Shown: positions 28,313 to 38,261, counted from the first letter of the stretch. The stretch: DNA of 64,000 bases from Verrucomicrobiota bacterium (GCA_039815375.1 JBCBZJ010000014.1:15402-79401), one strand, 5' to 3'. Translations and numbers: made by a program. The notes: a model not told the origin generated them from the sequence alone.

Positions 28313-31300
28313 CTAATCCACCGATATTGGAGGACTCTGTTCAAACACCTGAATCTGGAAGAAGCTTTGCCCGGCTGAGATTGGGGCCGTCCCGGTAACG
28401 GACAATCTATCCGCCTCCTGGACTATTCGACTTGGGGCCATAGCAAAGGACGACTGTTCGAGATTATCCGATGCCAATAGCTCGAGACTGAAGCCACCGA
28501 GCCCCGGCTGCGACGGGAAACTAATCGATGGATAAGTATTTCCATCCTCGTCCTCAACCAAACTGAATTTAAAATCCTGAAGATCCGGAACCAGAGGCGA
28601 AGTGCCCGCGAGATACTCGAAGAAATTCACAATACCGTCTTTGTCAGGATCTGCACCGATACCGACGATCTCGAGATTCAACAAATCCGAGATATCAAAA
28701 GTCTCATTGACGAAGGCGTTGAAATCCGTCACCGGCTCGTGCACGGTTACCTGAATCTGATTCGTTAAATAAGTAACGGAAGCAGTATAGCCGGGAGCCC
28801 CGACTGTTCGTATACCATTGAAGGTGCCGGAAAGAAGATTGCATTCAACAATTGTAAAGGATTGGCCGTCACTGGGAAGAAACTCAGTATCAAAGACGAC
28901 TTCAAGGGTGCCATTTACAGAAAAATTTCCATTCACATCGAAAACGCTGGAGCCATTGCTAAAGACGCGCGCTCGGTGAACCGCGTTGGTCGTGTAGCCG
29001 ATATCGCCATTTACCGTCAAGGTTCCCAAATCCGGAGGTGTCGAGATCTCCAGGGATTCAAATCGAAGACGCTGCCTACCGGACTCATCATGCGCTGACC
29101 CGAGCAATGACCCCGTCACCGGCGAATCATCCTCAAGCTCTTCTTCACTCGCATCAATGTAGAAGGCATCGACGGTGCCGTTGATCTCAAGGTCTCCCGT
29201 TACTTCGCCATAGCCGCTGAAATCCGAATCAATTCCGTAGTCGTAGGTATAAAAACTCGTCGTCGTTGAATTAAGAAGGAGGGCTCTCGTCCCTGGATCC
29301 AAATTCACATAATCAATGTAGTAATCCGAGAAATCGTCTGAATCTGAACTACGTTGAAGGGTGTATTCACCTCCGGAGGTCAGGTCAAAGCCGGCACCAT
29401 TCACATCGAGATCCTGACATGTCATCGTCATGGAGCCGCCATTGACAGTAAGCTCCGCATTCCAAGTGAGCTCACCGACACTGATGGAAGTCGATTCGTC
29501 CGAGCTCTCCGGGTCCAGTTCGTAGGTATAGGTGCAACCGTTTTGGACTTCCATCGATCCATTGATTCCACCAATTGAAGCGCCCGGGGTCATGGTAACG
29601 GTCGAGCCGCCGCTGCAGACAAATTTTGTGTCATTGCGCAAAGTAATTGCCCCATCCATCTGTAGGCTCCCGGAATTGAGAAGAAACGTGCTGTCCCCGG
29701 CCGAGATGCCCTGACCTTTAATAAGTAGAGACCCTTGATTATCAAAATCGACGACTTCATCGGTGATAGAATCAACCAAGATAACCTGGTCGACCGTCGC
29801 AGCCCCTTTGTTAACAATCTTACCCAGTGCCCCAATTAAAAAGCCCGTTTCGAGGGTCATTGAAGCACCCTCCTCGTTTGTTAGCCGGGATTGAAGACTT
29901 CCACCTTTTCCGATAAAGTTCCCCGTATTTTTGACCGGCGAACTGATCGAACCACCAGACATCAGGAACTTCGTCTCGTCCGTGCACTGGAGCTCGGCTT
30001 CGAAGTCATCCGGGGCTTCGATTTCTGCGCTTGAAACCAACTCGATCGTTCCCTTGCCGCTTGCCCGCAGCCTCCCGATATCGATTCTATCGGAACCCCC
30101 CGGATCGTTGGAAAGGACGACTTTAGCATCATTTTTTAATTCAAAGTTTGCGCCTCCTTCGATCTCAATCGGCGATGAGATCACCACATCAGCTCCCCCG
30201 TCTACATCAATGATCCCCTCGCGAAACGCGGCACCATCCAAGATTCGTAAGCGCGACCCATCTTCCAGCACGAGCTTACCCGTGCTGGCGAATTGCTCGT
30301 ATGTATCGATCTGAGTAACATTCGTTACCGAAGTCGCGGAAGGCTTAATCGTCAAAGTCCCGTCATTCTCAACGCTCGTCCTTAAATCGCCGCCTTCCTG
30401 GACAGTAATTTCTCCCGAGGGAAAGTTAATCAGTGGACGATTTAAAAGTTCCTCAGAGCCGGTCGCCAGAATAGTGCGGCCCGACTGGAGATTGATCATC
30501 CCGCGGTTCTCGAGTCGCCCATTGATCCCGATTTCAAGGTCGCGTATTTCAATCGTTCCCCGGTTGTCGACTTTGCTCGATTCGACAGGATCAACGCCGA
30601 TACTCGCCCGAGCGAAGAAAATATGCCCATCGTTGCGCAAGGATTCACTAAGGATTTTCGTTCTCGCCGAAGTACTAAGATCACCGATCTCAAGCGGGAG
30701 TGATTCAGGAAAGTTCACGGTTTGTGAGCCACCCGTAATGTCTGCTGCACCAACTAAAAAGCGTCCACTGTCTTGTCCTTCTTCGGTTAGATCGGTTACC
30801 GTGAAGTTGGCTAGTTCTACTTCACCCTGCAGAATTTGAACTTCGCCGCCATTGCCTATTTCCAAAGTAGCTTGATCCGTGAAGGTCAACTTCTCGGGAT
30901 CCGTGGTCGAATTACCCGGCTGAAAGATAAAGAAAGGCTCATCTGAAGTGCCTTCTTCTGGTTTCACCTCAAGCACGCCGCTGATGGTTCCTGCACGGAA
31001 TAAACTCAAGATTCCATCGCGAACAGCCAACCGTCCAGAGCTCATAAAAGGCGCTTGCAAACCTGCGAACCCAGAGACTTTGGAGATAAAGGTTCCCTGG
31101 TTTACAAAGCTGCCAAGATTCTCACCTTCGCCAGGAGAGGTGACATTTAGCGAGCCATTCAAAATCGAAAACGTGCCCGTGGCACCGTTCGTAAGAACAG
31201 AATTCGGTGCAAGTCTTAGGCTGGGCGAGAAAGAATTAATCGTTCCCGAGTTCGTAAACTGGCCAAGAATCTCAGGTGGATCCAATGAGACCGAAGTTGA

Positions 31301-32353
31301 AGGTAGGGTAATTGTTCCCGCCGCTGCGTTTTCAAAATTCCTGAGTTTGCCCCCACGCCAGCTGAAGAACCCACTATTTGTTAGGCTTCCGGTTTCCGCC
31401 TGGGTCCCGCCAACTAAGGTAAACGGAGCACCTTCGGCGAATTGAAACGTGCCGCTGCCACCCAAACCTCCGCGGGATTCAACCGAAACGGCTGCGTCCT
31501 CGAACTCTGAATCAGGGTCGTTACTGGCCTGACTCGTAAAGGTCCCTGTCACTGTGAGTGAACCTTCGAAACCTAGATCGCCTCCGTCAACAAACGAAAC
31601 GCTAGCTGAGTTCGCTGTTGATGGTCCATTGAATTGGATTTCCGTGTCTGATTTGATTTCAAGCGCCTTGAACGTTGCCTGCCTGCTGAATGCAAAACCA
31701 CCGGACTCACTTACAATCGTTCCGGTCGACTCGAAAACGGAGCTCACCGGGCAAAGTCCGCTTCCGCTCTGATTCTTCAGTGTGCCTGAGATAGAAATGT
31801 TTGTTGTATCCGAACCTCCCATATTGGAAGCACCAACAATTGGATTCAGAGTCACATCAACTGCTGTCAAAGAGGCACTGTCGAAAAGAGAAACTCCATT
31901 ATCCGTCAGAGTTAAAGAACCCGAAGAATTGTAATTCACGCCACTCGTGCTCAGGGTGCCGATAGTCGCCTCACCATTTACTGTAAGAACACCCGACCCA
32001 GTGCCCGAACCTTTGCTCAGGTTGAGCGTCACACCAGAAGCGTTGATCTTGTTCGCAATCAGGACATTTCCATCGAACTGGATGCTGCTTGCGCTTACCC
32101 CGGAGAGTGAGAAATCCGTCAGCGCAATGAACTGGTCCAAAACCAAAAAAGCCGATGTTCCATTGATGATCGCATTGTCCCCGTTTCCAGGGAATTCAGG
32201 GTCACTCGGCCCATCCCAATTATCACCTTCCGTCCAGTCGTTCGAGGCACTTTCCCCCGTGTAAGTGTAGTCGTTCGCTCCGCAAAGAACGAAACCCGGT
32301 AGCATAGAAAGAAACGGAACAACCGCACGACGAATCGTGAGTAGGTGACTCAT
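28313..32353 (-). CDS. Large secreted beta-helix/passenger-like surface protein
   Basis: Signal peptide, YTG...NDW....NW, many Gly/Ser/Thr-rich 'N.GT' repeats, C-terminal ADPDKDGIVNFFEYLAGTSP and FFQIQV end; start moved to MSHLL (32353). Confidence 0.7.
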   Translation of the reverse strand: MSHLLTIRRAVVPFLSMLPGFVLCGANDYTYTGESASNDWTEGDNWDGPSDPEFPGNGDNAIINGTSAFLVLDQFIALTDFSLSGVSASSIQFDGNVLIANKINASGVTLNLSKGSGTGSGVLTVNGEATIGTLSTSGVNYNSSGSLTLTDNGVSLFDSASLTAVDVTLNPIVGASNMGGSDTTNISISGTLKNQSGSGLCPVSSVFESTGTIVSESGGFAFSRQATFKALEIKSDTEIQFNGPSTANSASVSFVDGGDLGFEGSLTVTGTFTSQASNDPDSEFEDAAVSVESRGGLGGSGTFQFAEGAPFTLVGGTQAETGSLTNSGFFSWRGGKLRNFENAAAGTITLPSTSVSLDPPEILGQFTNSGTINSFSPSLRLAPNSVLTNGATGTFSILNGSLNVTSPGEGENLGSFVNQGTFISKVSGFAGLQAPFMSSGRLAVRDGILSLFRAGTISGVLEVKPEEGTSDEPFFIFQPGNSTTDPEKLTFTDQATLEIGNGGEVQILQGEVELANFTVTDLTEEGQDSGRFLVGAADITGGSQTVNFPESLPLEIGDLSTSARTKILSESLRNDGHIFFARASIGVDPVESSKVDNRGTIEIRDLEIGINGRLENRGMINLQSGRTILATGSEELLNRPLINFPSGEITVQEGGDLRTSVENDGTLTIKPSATSVTNVTQIDTYEQFASTGKLVLEDGSRLRILDGAAFREGIIDVDGGADVVISSPIEIEGGANFELKNDAKVVLSNDPGGSDRIDIGRLRASGKGTIELVSSAEIEAPDDFEAELQCTDETKFLMSGGSISSPVKNTGNFIGKGGSLQSRLTNEEGASMTLETGFLIGALGKIVNKGAATVDQVILVDSITDEVVDFDNQGSLLIKGQGISAGDSTFLLNSGSLQMDGAITLRNDTKFVCSGGSTVTMTPGASIGGINGSMEVQNGCTYTYELDPESSDESTSISVGELTWNAELTVNGGSMTMTCQDLDVNGAGFDLTSGGEYTLQRSSDSDDFSDYYIDYVNLDPGTRALLLNSTTTSFYTYDYGIDSDFSGYGEVTGDLEINGTVDAFYIDASEEELEDDSPVTGSLLGSAHDESGRQRLRFESLEISTPPDLGTLTVNGDIGYTTNAVHRARVFSNGSSVFDVNGNFSVNGTLEVVFDTEFLPSDGQSFTIVECNLLSGTFNGIRTVGAPGYTASVTYLTNQIQVTVHEPVTDFNAFVNETFDISDLLNLEIVGIGADPDKDGIVNFFEYLAGTSPLVPDLQDFKFSLVEDEDGNTYPSISFPSQPGLGGFSLELLASDNLEQSSFAMAPSRIVQEADRLSVTGTAPISAGQSFFQIQVFEQSPPISVD

Positions 32354-32538
32354 GACCTGAGACACTTGCGAAAAAACAGTAAAGCGCAAGAAATGATGAT
32401 TAATAAATCCAATAAACGATTTGGTCAAAAATCCAGAGATATCAGGCTGGATTCTGCTCGACTAAAAGATGAGGTAAGCGATTTATCAAACCTACCGTTA
32501 ATCACATCAGAGATGTGCCAACTCAGGATTCCCTTCGA

Positions 32539-32640
32539 TAAAAGCGTTACTTGAATTCTTACCTGTTATCAAAATCGAAGTCGGCGAAGTGGAGATCGAT
32601 TTCGTCTACTTTGCCCTGGAGAGTAACCATAATTAGATTT
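32539..32640 (-). repeat. Dispersed structured non-coding element, copy A
   Basis: Reverse complement aligns with 54178-54294 (aaatctaattatggttactctc...ggcaaagt.gacga.atcga...cttcgc.gacttcgattt...aagtaacgctttta). Confidence 0.8.
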
Positions 32641-32771
32641 GTTTTATAATTCCCTAAGGTCATTGGCATTCCGCTAGTAATCCAGATGAAGTAAGCCTTG
32701 ATACTGACGAACTAAAACGCCGATTTCCGGCTCAACGATAAAGAATATTTATTGAAACTGATCCGGCGCCT

Positions 32772-32801
32772 AAAAAAAGCGCGCCCTTCCGGACGCGCTT
32801 T
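32772..32801 (-). terminator. Rho-independent terminator after ahcY
   Basis: aaagcgcgtcc-ggaa-gggcgcgc followed by T7 on the minus strand. Confidence 0.8.
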
Positions 32802-32822
32802 GGAAAAGCTCTTTAGTTATGA

Positions 32823-34268
32823 CTAATATCGATAGTGCTCGGACTTGTAAGGGCCCCCGGACTTCACACCAATGTAAGCGGCCTGTTCATCGCTCAGGGT
32901 GGTGAGCTTGCAACCGATCTTTTCGAGATGTAAGCGGGCTACTTCCTCATCGATATGCTTCGGCAGGATATAGACACCCGGAGTATATTTCTCAACCTGC
33001 TTCCAGAGCTCGATCTGGGCGAGTGCCTGGTTAGTGAAGCTGTTCGACATGACGAAGCTAGGATGGCCGGTCGCACAACCGAGATTCACGAGACGCCCCT
33101 TTGCGAGAAGGTAGATGCTATTGCCATCGGGGAAGGTGTATTTATCGACCGCACCTTCGTGATCGGGCTTGATCTCCTCGACGTCAACGCCCGGCATGTC
33201 GTTGAGTTTGTCGACTTCGATTTCGTTGTCGAAGTGGCCAATATTACAAACGATGGCCTGATCTTTCATCTTCGACATGGCGTCGGCTGTAATGATGCCG
33301 TAGTTGCCGGTGGTAGTGACGTAAATATCGCCCCAGCCCAGCGTGTCTTCGACGGTCAATACGCGAAAGCCTTCCATGGCCGCCTGCAGTGCGCAAATCG
33401 GATCGACCTCGGTCACAACAACCTGAGCACCCATACCCTTAAGCGCAAAGGCGCAGCCCTTGCCCACATCACCGTAGCCGCAGACTACACCGACCTTACC
33501 CGCAACCATAACGTCGGTCGCGCGCTTGATGCCATCGAGCAGAGACTCGCGGCAGCCGTAAAGATTATCGAACTTTGACTTCGTAACTGAGTCGTTCACG
33601 TTAATGGCAGGGACCAGAAGCTTGCCGGCATTGTGCATTTCGTAGAGACGGTGGACTCCAGTCGTGGTTTCCTCGGAAACGCCCTTCCACTCCTTCACGA
33701 CTTCGTGCCAGTGATTCGGTTTCTCGGCATTGATCTTCTTGAGCAGGTCCTTGATCACCTGCTCCTCAAGGCTGCCAGAATCGGTGTTAACCCAGTCGCT
33801 ACCCTCTTCGAGCTCGTAACCCTTGTGAATGAGAAGTGTGGCATCACCGCCGTCATCGACGATGAGCTGTGGACCGGAACCGTCCGGCCAGGTCAGCGCC
33901 TGCTCGGTGCACCACCAGTATTCCTCAAGAGTCTCGCCCTTCCAGGCAAAGACGGGCACGTCGAGATTTTTGGCCACATAGGCAGCTGCATGATCCTGGG
34001 TGGAAAAAATGTTGCAGGAACACCAACGCACGTCGGCGCCAAGCTCCTTAAGCGTCTCGATGAGAACCGCAGTCTGCACCGTCATGTGAAGCGATCCCAT
34101 GATGCGGACGCCCTTGAGCGGCTGCTCATCGCGGTATTTCTCGCGAGTCGCCATCAGGCCTGGCATCTCATGCTGGGCGATCTCGATCTCCTTCTGCCCG
34201 AAGTCGGCAAGGTTGATATCTTTGACCTTAAAGTCAGTCTTGGTTTTGGTGAATGTATCTGTGCTCAT
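32823..34268 (-). CDS. ahcY: Adenosylhomocysteinase
   Basis: [57 protein letters not shown]. Confidence 0.98.
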   Translation of the reverse strand: MSTDTFTKTKTDFKVKDINLADFGQKEIEIAQHEMPGLMATREKYRDEQPLKGVRIMGSLHMTVQTAVLIETLKELGADVRWCSCNIFSTQDHAAAYVAKNLDVPVFAWKGETLEEYWWCTEQALTWPDGSGPQLIVDDGGDATLLIHKGYELEEGSDWVNTDSGSLEEQVIKDLLKKINAEKPNHWHEVVKEWKGVSEETTTGVHRLYEMHNAGKLLVPAINVNDSVTKSKFDNLYGCRESLLDGIKRATDVMVAGKVGVVCGYGDVGKGCAFALKGMGAQVVVTEVDPICALQAAMEGFRVLTVEDTLGWGDIYVTTTGNYGIITADAMSKMKDQAIVCNIGHFDNEIEVDKLNDMPGVDVEEIKPDHEGAVDKYTFPDGNSIYLLAKGRLVNLGCATGHPSFVMSNSFTNQALAQIELWKQVEKYTPGVYILPKHIDEEVARLHLEKIGCKLTTLSDEQAAYIGVKSGGPYKSEHYRY

Positions 34269-34296
34269 GGTAATTTTAGTTTTGGAGTTTAAAGGT

Positions 34297-34331
34297 GCCC
34301 GCGAAGTGGCGCGAAGGTGTCACTAAGAATG
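34297..34331. repeat. Left inverted-repeat array flanking the GxxExxY gene
   Basis: GCCCGCGAAG-tgg-CGCGAAG-gtgt-CACTAAG-AATG; inverted counterpart at 34727-34760. Confidence 0.7.
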
Positions 34332-34721
34332 CTCGGTGTTTACGATACGTTCCCATTCGAGACGTCCGTAAGACCCGAAATTGACGAGTAAACCAAGAGG
34401 GTATCCGGTTGCGGTTAAGTAATTGAGGACTTGAGAGCGGTGCTCGTTGGTCAGTTGCTTGACTGCTTTGATCTCCAACACCACTTGATCAAAAACGAAG
34501 AAATCAGGCTTGTAGTGCTGTTTGAGCTCGCGACCTCGATATTGAAGCTTCAACGATGCCTGAGCCATGAATTCCATTTGTTCCAACTCAAAATCAATCT
34601 CCAAGCACTCTTGGTAAACCGCCTCCAAGAAACCATTCCCCTTCTCAGTATGGACACGCATGCAAGACCCGATTATGGTGAAGCACTCGTCCTTTAAAAT
34701 AAGGCTCGTATCTTCACTCAT
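34323..34721 (-). CDS. GxxExxY protein (PD-(D/E)XK-like)
   Basis: GFLEAVYQECL, PDF.VFD.VVLEIKAV, QVLNYL.AT...LGLLVNFG; start moved to MSEDT (132 aa). Confidence 0.92.
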   Translation of the reverse strand: MSEDTSLILKDECFTIIGSCMRVHTEKGNGFLEAVYQECLEIDFELEQMEFMAQASLKLQYRGRELKQHYKPDFFVFDQVVLEIKAVKQLTNEHRSQVLNYLTATGYPLGLLVNFGSYGRLEWERIVNTEHS

Positions 34722-34726
34722 ATCAT

Positions 34727-34760
34727 CATTCTTCGCGTTTCTTAGTGAAACTTGGCGGGC
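34727..34760. repeat. Right inverted-repeat array flanking the GxxExxY gene
   Basis: Reverse complement reads GCCCGCCAAG-ttt-CACTAAG-aaa-CGCGAAG-AATG. Confidence 0.7.
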
Positions 34761-34767
34761 CAAAAAC

Positions 34768-35931
34768 TTAAAGAGCCGCCTTGAGTTCGTCCGCCTTGGC
34801 AGTGGATTCCCAGGGGAGGCCTTCCTTGGCATAGTGGCCGTAGTGCGTGGACTCTCGATAGATGGGGCGGAGCAAATCAAGCTGGCTGACTATGTCAGCT
34901 GGTTTAAAGCTGAAGACCTTCTGGGCAACTTCTGCGATCTTGTCGTCGCTCTCCTTGCCGGTGCCAAAGGTGTCCACATGGATGCTGGTCGGATATGGGT
35001 GACCGATGGCGTAGGCGACTTCGAGCTCACACTCGTCGGCAAGGCCGGCGGCAACGATGTTCTTCGCCACCCATCGGGTGAAGTAAGCAGCAGAACGGTC
35101 CACCTTTGAAGGATCCTTGCCGGAGAAAGCACCACCACCGTGGCGAGCCCAGCCGCCGTAGGTGTCCACGATGATCTTGCGTCCAGTGAGGCCTGCATCG
35201 CCCTGTGGTCCTCCAATGACGAAGTTTCCGGTCGGGTTGATCAGAAATTCGGTGTCATCCTTTAGGAGCTCAGACGGAAGCACTTTTCGGATTACTTCCT
35301 CGATACAAAATTCCTTGATCTCTGCGTGCTTCACATCGGCTGCGTGCTGGGTCGAGATGACCACATTCTTAATCGCAGCCGGTTTGCCATCAACATACTC
35401 AAGCGCGACCTGACTCTTCACATCAGGACGTAACCAAGGCACCTTGACTGTTTTGCGCTGATAGGCCATCTCGCGAAGGAGACGGTGCGCAAACATGATC
35501 GGTGCAGGCATCAGCTCTGGAGTCTGGTTACAGGCATAGCCGAACATGATGCCCTGATCGCCTGCTCCTTGCTCTTCGGTATCCTTCCCTTCCGCGGCTG
35601 CGGCGTCCACACCCTGCGCGATATCAGCAGATTGAGCCGTCAGTATATTAGAAACGAAGACCTTGTCGGCGTGGAAGACGTCGTCGTCGTTGACGTAACC
35701 AATATCACGGATCGCGTCACGGACGATATTCTCATAGTTCAACTTCGCACTGGTCGTGATCTCGCCCGCGAGCACCACGCAATTACTCTTAACCAGGGTT
35801 TCACAGGCCACGCGGCTCTTGGGATCTTGCTCAAGGCAAGCGTCAAGAACACTATCCGAAATGTAGTCGGATACTTTGTCGGGATGGCCTTCGCCAACAG
35901 ACTCGGAAGAAAAAATGAAGTCTTTGCTCAT
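34768..35931 (-). CDS. metK: S-adenosylmethionine synthetase
   Basis: [54 protein letters not shown]. Confidence 0.98.
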   Translation of the reverse strand: MSKDFIFSSESVGEGHPDKVSDYISDSVLDACLEQDPKSRVACETLVKSNCVVLAGEITTSAKLNYENIVRDAIRDIGYVNDDDVFHADKVFVSNILTAQSADIAQGVDAAAAEGKDTEEQGAGDQGIMFGYACNQTPELMPAPIMFAHRLLREMAYQRKTVKVPWLRPDVKSQVALEYVDGKPAAIKNVVISTQHAADVKHAEIKEFCIEEVIRKVLPSELLKDDTEFLINPTGNFVIGGPQGDAGLTGRKIIVDTYGGWARHGGGAFSGKDPSKVDRSAAYFTRWVAKNIVAAGLADECELEVAYAIGHPYPTSIHVDTFGTGKESDDKIAEVAQKVFSFKPADIVSQLDLLRPIYRESTHYGHYAKEGLPWESTAKADELKAAL

Positions 35932-35974
35932 GGTGGCTTCGATTTATTAGTATCGAAGTGACCATGGCAAGAAT

Positions 35975-36006
35975 TACATCAAAATATCAGGATATTTTGA
36001 TATGTA
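35975..36006. promoter_or_regulatory. AT-rich palindromic operator upstream of metK (SahR-like box)
   Basis: ATCAAAATATC-ag-GATATTTTGAT palindrome; also contains the 20-mer ATATCAGGATATTTTGATAT. Confidence 0.55.
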
Positions 36007-36339
36007 TTAAATTTCCGAACCGTGCCCACCCAAATCATAGCGCTTGGCAGCCCGGGGAACGACCACGTCCATGAGGTCCCCAATCGAACGGTGCGCCTCC
36101 AACGGGTGCCGTAGCCGACCCTCTGCGTGTATGAAATAGCGGTTTTGACGGCCTACCCGCTCTCTTTCAATATATCCTGCATCTTCGAGCTCTGCAACGA
36201 TGCGCTGCACCGCTCGCTCGGTAATGCCTACCGATAAAGCTACTTCACGAAGCGGCTGTTCCGGGTTGCGCGCCAAACAAATCAAAACATGAGCATGATT
36301 CGTGAAGAAATTCCAGTGCGGGGTCTGTGTATCAGACAT
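36007..36339 (-). CDS. Small winged-HTH transcriptional regulator
   Basis: [14 protein letters not shown]...[21 protein letters not shown]; divergent from sbtA. Confidence 0.85.
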   Translation of the reverse strand: MSDTQTPHWNFFTNHAHVLICLARNPEQPLREVALSVGITERAVQRIVAELEDAGYIERERVGRQNRYFIHAEGRLRHPLEAHRSIGDLMDVVVPRAAKRYDLGGHGSEI

Positions 36340-36376
36340 GGTTGGGAAACTAGTCAGTTAGTCTGAAATGTAAACT

Positions 36377-36392
36377 ACGAAATATCATTCGT
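36377..36392. promoter_or_regulatory. Candidate operator between the wHTH gene and sbtA
   Basis: ACGAA-atatca-TTCGT inverted repeat in the divergent intergenic region. Confidence 0.4.
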
Positions 36393-36471
36393 GATAATTC
36401 CATCCAATAAGCTTGATTAAAGAATGTGCGTTGGTTTTTTCGTGATTTAAACAACGCAAAGTTTACTTACT

Positions 36472-37437
36472 ATGGATTCTCTGGCGCTATTAATATCCAA
36501 TCTCTTCTCCCCGCCTGTCGTAGCCTTCGGTGCGGGTATAGCGTCCGTCTGGTTAAAAGGCGACCTCAAGTTTCCCGACCAGGTCTATCAGGCGCTCACC
36601 ATATACCTACTTTTGGCAATTGGTTTCAAGGGAGGCACAGCAATGGCAACCTACGGCATCGGCCAACTCGCACTTCCTTTGCTAGCCACACTTGTTGCCG
36701 GGGCACTGATCCCCGTGGCCGTATTTTTTGCGACCCGCACCTTCCTCAAGATGAATGTTTCGAATGCGGCCGCGCTGGCAGCGCATTACGGTTCGGTATC
36801 TGCCGTAACTTTTATGGCCAGCCTGGCATTCCTCGACAAACAGGGCGTACCCTATGAGGGCTTCATGCCGGCCATCATGGCCGCAATGGAGATACCGGCT
36901 ATTTTCGTCGCCATGCTCATTGCACAGAAATTCAAAGGTGGATCGAAAATGTCGTTCTGGAGTTCGATCCACGAGGTCTTCTCAGGTAAAAGCTTTGTTC
37001 TCCTTGTCGCTGGACTCGTTGCTGGAGCTGTAGCCAGCGCCGAGGGCCGGGAACTGATCAAGCCCTTCTTGATCACTCCGTTTTACGGGGTTCTTATGCT
37101 TTTCCTGCTTGAGATGGGGCTGATCGCCGGCGAAAAGTTACGCGATGCCCGTCAAGCAGGCTGGAAGCTCGTGGCGTTTGCCCTCATCGCCCCTATTCTG
37201 CAGGGAGCATTCGGCATACTTCTGGCAAAAGCTATCGGCCTAAGTGCCGGAGGTGCCACCATCTTTGCCGTGATCTGCTCGAGCGCGTCCTATATCGCGG
37301 CACCCGCCGCAGTGCGTGCTTCTTTACCTGAGGCAAATCCGGGCTACTACGTAACGACTTCACTTGGAATCACGTTCCCTTTCAACCTCGTCCTCGGCAT
37401 TCCGCTCTATTACGCAATGACAGGCTGGATCTTTTAA
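36472..37437 (+). CDS. sbtA: Sodium-dependent bicarbonate transporter, SbtA family
   Basis: YLLLAIGFKGG, AAHYGSVSAVTF, MEIPAI, FLLEMG, SASYIAAPAA.R..LPEANP, SLGITFPFN. Confidence 0.9.
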   Translation: MDSLALLISNLFSPPVVAFGAGIASVWLKGDLKFPDQVYQALTIYLLLAIGFKGGTAMATYGIGQLALPLLATLVAGALIPVAVFFATRTFLKMNVSNAAALAAHYGSVSAVTFMASLAFLDKQGVPYEGFMPAIMAAMEIPAIFVAMLIAQKFKGGSKMSFWSSIHEVFSGKSFVLLVAGLVAGAVASAEGRELIKPFLITPFYGVLMLFLLEMGLIAGEKLRDARQAGWKLVAFALIAPILQGAFGILLAKAIGLSAGGATIFAVICSSASYIAAPAAVRASLPEANPGYYVTTSLGITFPFNLVLGIPLYYAMTGWIF

Positions 37438-38261
37438 TTTCGGTCGAGGTAATTCCTCAGCTTGGCAATATCCTCCTCCATACGAACGAGAGTCTGTTTC
37501 AGATCGGCATGTTGCGCCTCCGGATCAGGCAATGTCGACAGTTCCTGCATGGTGGAGACGATAATCCCAATAAAAAGGTTCAGAATTGTGAAGGTCGCGA
37601 TGACAATGAACGGCACGAAAAAAGCCCAAGCCCAGGCAAACTCTTCCATCACTGGCCGGACAATACCCATGGACCAGCTTTCCAGTGTCATGATTTGAAA
37701 GAGCGAGAAGAGGCTTTCCCCAAGCGAACCGAACCACTGAGGAAAGGCCTCACCAAAAAGGTTCGTAGCCAAAACGCCCATCGTGTAGAAGAACACCAGC
37801 ATCACCACAATCACGCCGGATAACCCGGGGATCGCGTGGATGAACGCCGCCACTACCTTCCTGAGCTGAGGCATTACCGTGAGAAGCCGCAGCACTCGAA
37901 GAATCCGCAGCGACCGAAGCACGGCCCAGGGACCAGCGTTCGGCACCAACGCAATAGTTACGACAAGGAAATCAAACCAGTTCCAGCCGTTACGCCAGAA
38001 ATGCCAGCGGTAAGCCGCCAGTTTCAGGGCAATCTCTAATAGGAAGACAATCAGGCATAGCTTATCAAGGAAAACGAGGACGCCACCGAACCGCTCCATG
38101 ATCGTTGGGCTCGTTTCCAACCCAAGAATGAGCCCATTCAAAATAATAATCCCGATGATAAACTTCTGTATCGACGTCGACTCCACCCAACGCGCCAATT
38201 TCACGCGCCATTGGGGCAAATCAGAACGCTCCAGAAGTCGAATCAGGTCTTGCTCGCTCAT
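37434..38261 (-). CDS. Bacterial voltage-gated sodium channel (BacNav-type ion transporter)
   Basis: 6-TM layout; WNWFDF (S3), LRSLRILRVLRLL (S4), selectivity filter FQIMTLESWSMGIVRP, S6 LNLFIGII. Confidence 0.9.
   Translation of the reverse strand: MSEQDLIRLLERSDLPQWRVKLARWVESTSIQKFIIGIIILNGLILGLETSPTIMERFGGVLVFLDKLCLIVFLLEIALKLAAYRWHFWRNGWNWFDFLVVTIALVPNAGPWAVLRSLRILRVLRLLTVMPQLRKVVAAFIHAIPGLSGVIVVMLVFFYTMGVLATNLFGEAFPQWFGSLGESLFSLFQIMTLESWSMGIVRPVMEEFAWAWAFFVPFIVIATFTILNLFIGIIVSTMQELSTLPDPEAQHADLKQTLVRMEEDIAKLRNYLDRN

Noticed and set aside
34722..34880. N-terminal extension of the GxxExxY ORF, and similar extensions at 11595, 23364, 27031, 41452, 41669, 45639 and 58712
   Set aside because: They overlap neighbouring genes or precede the family-typical start; downstream ATGs were used instead.
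35932..36006. SAM or SAH riboswitch before metK (also checked before ahcY and metY)
   Set aside because: The leaders are short and lack recognisable SAM-I/II or SAH consensus features.
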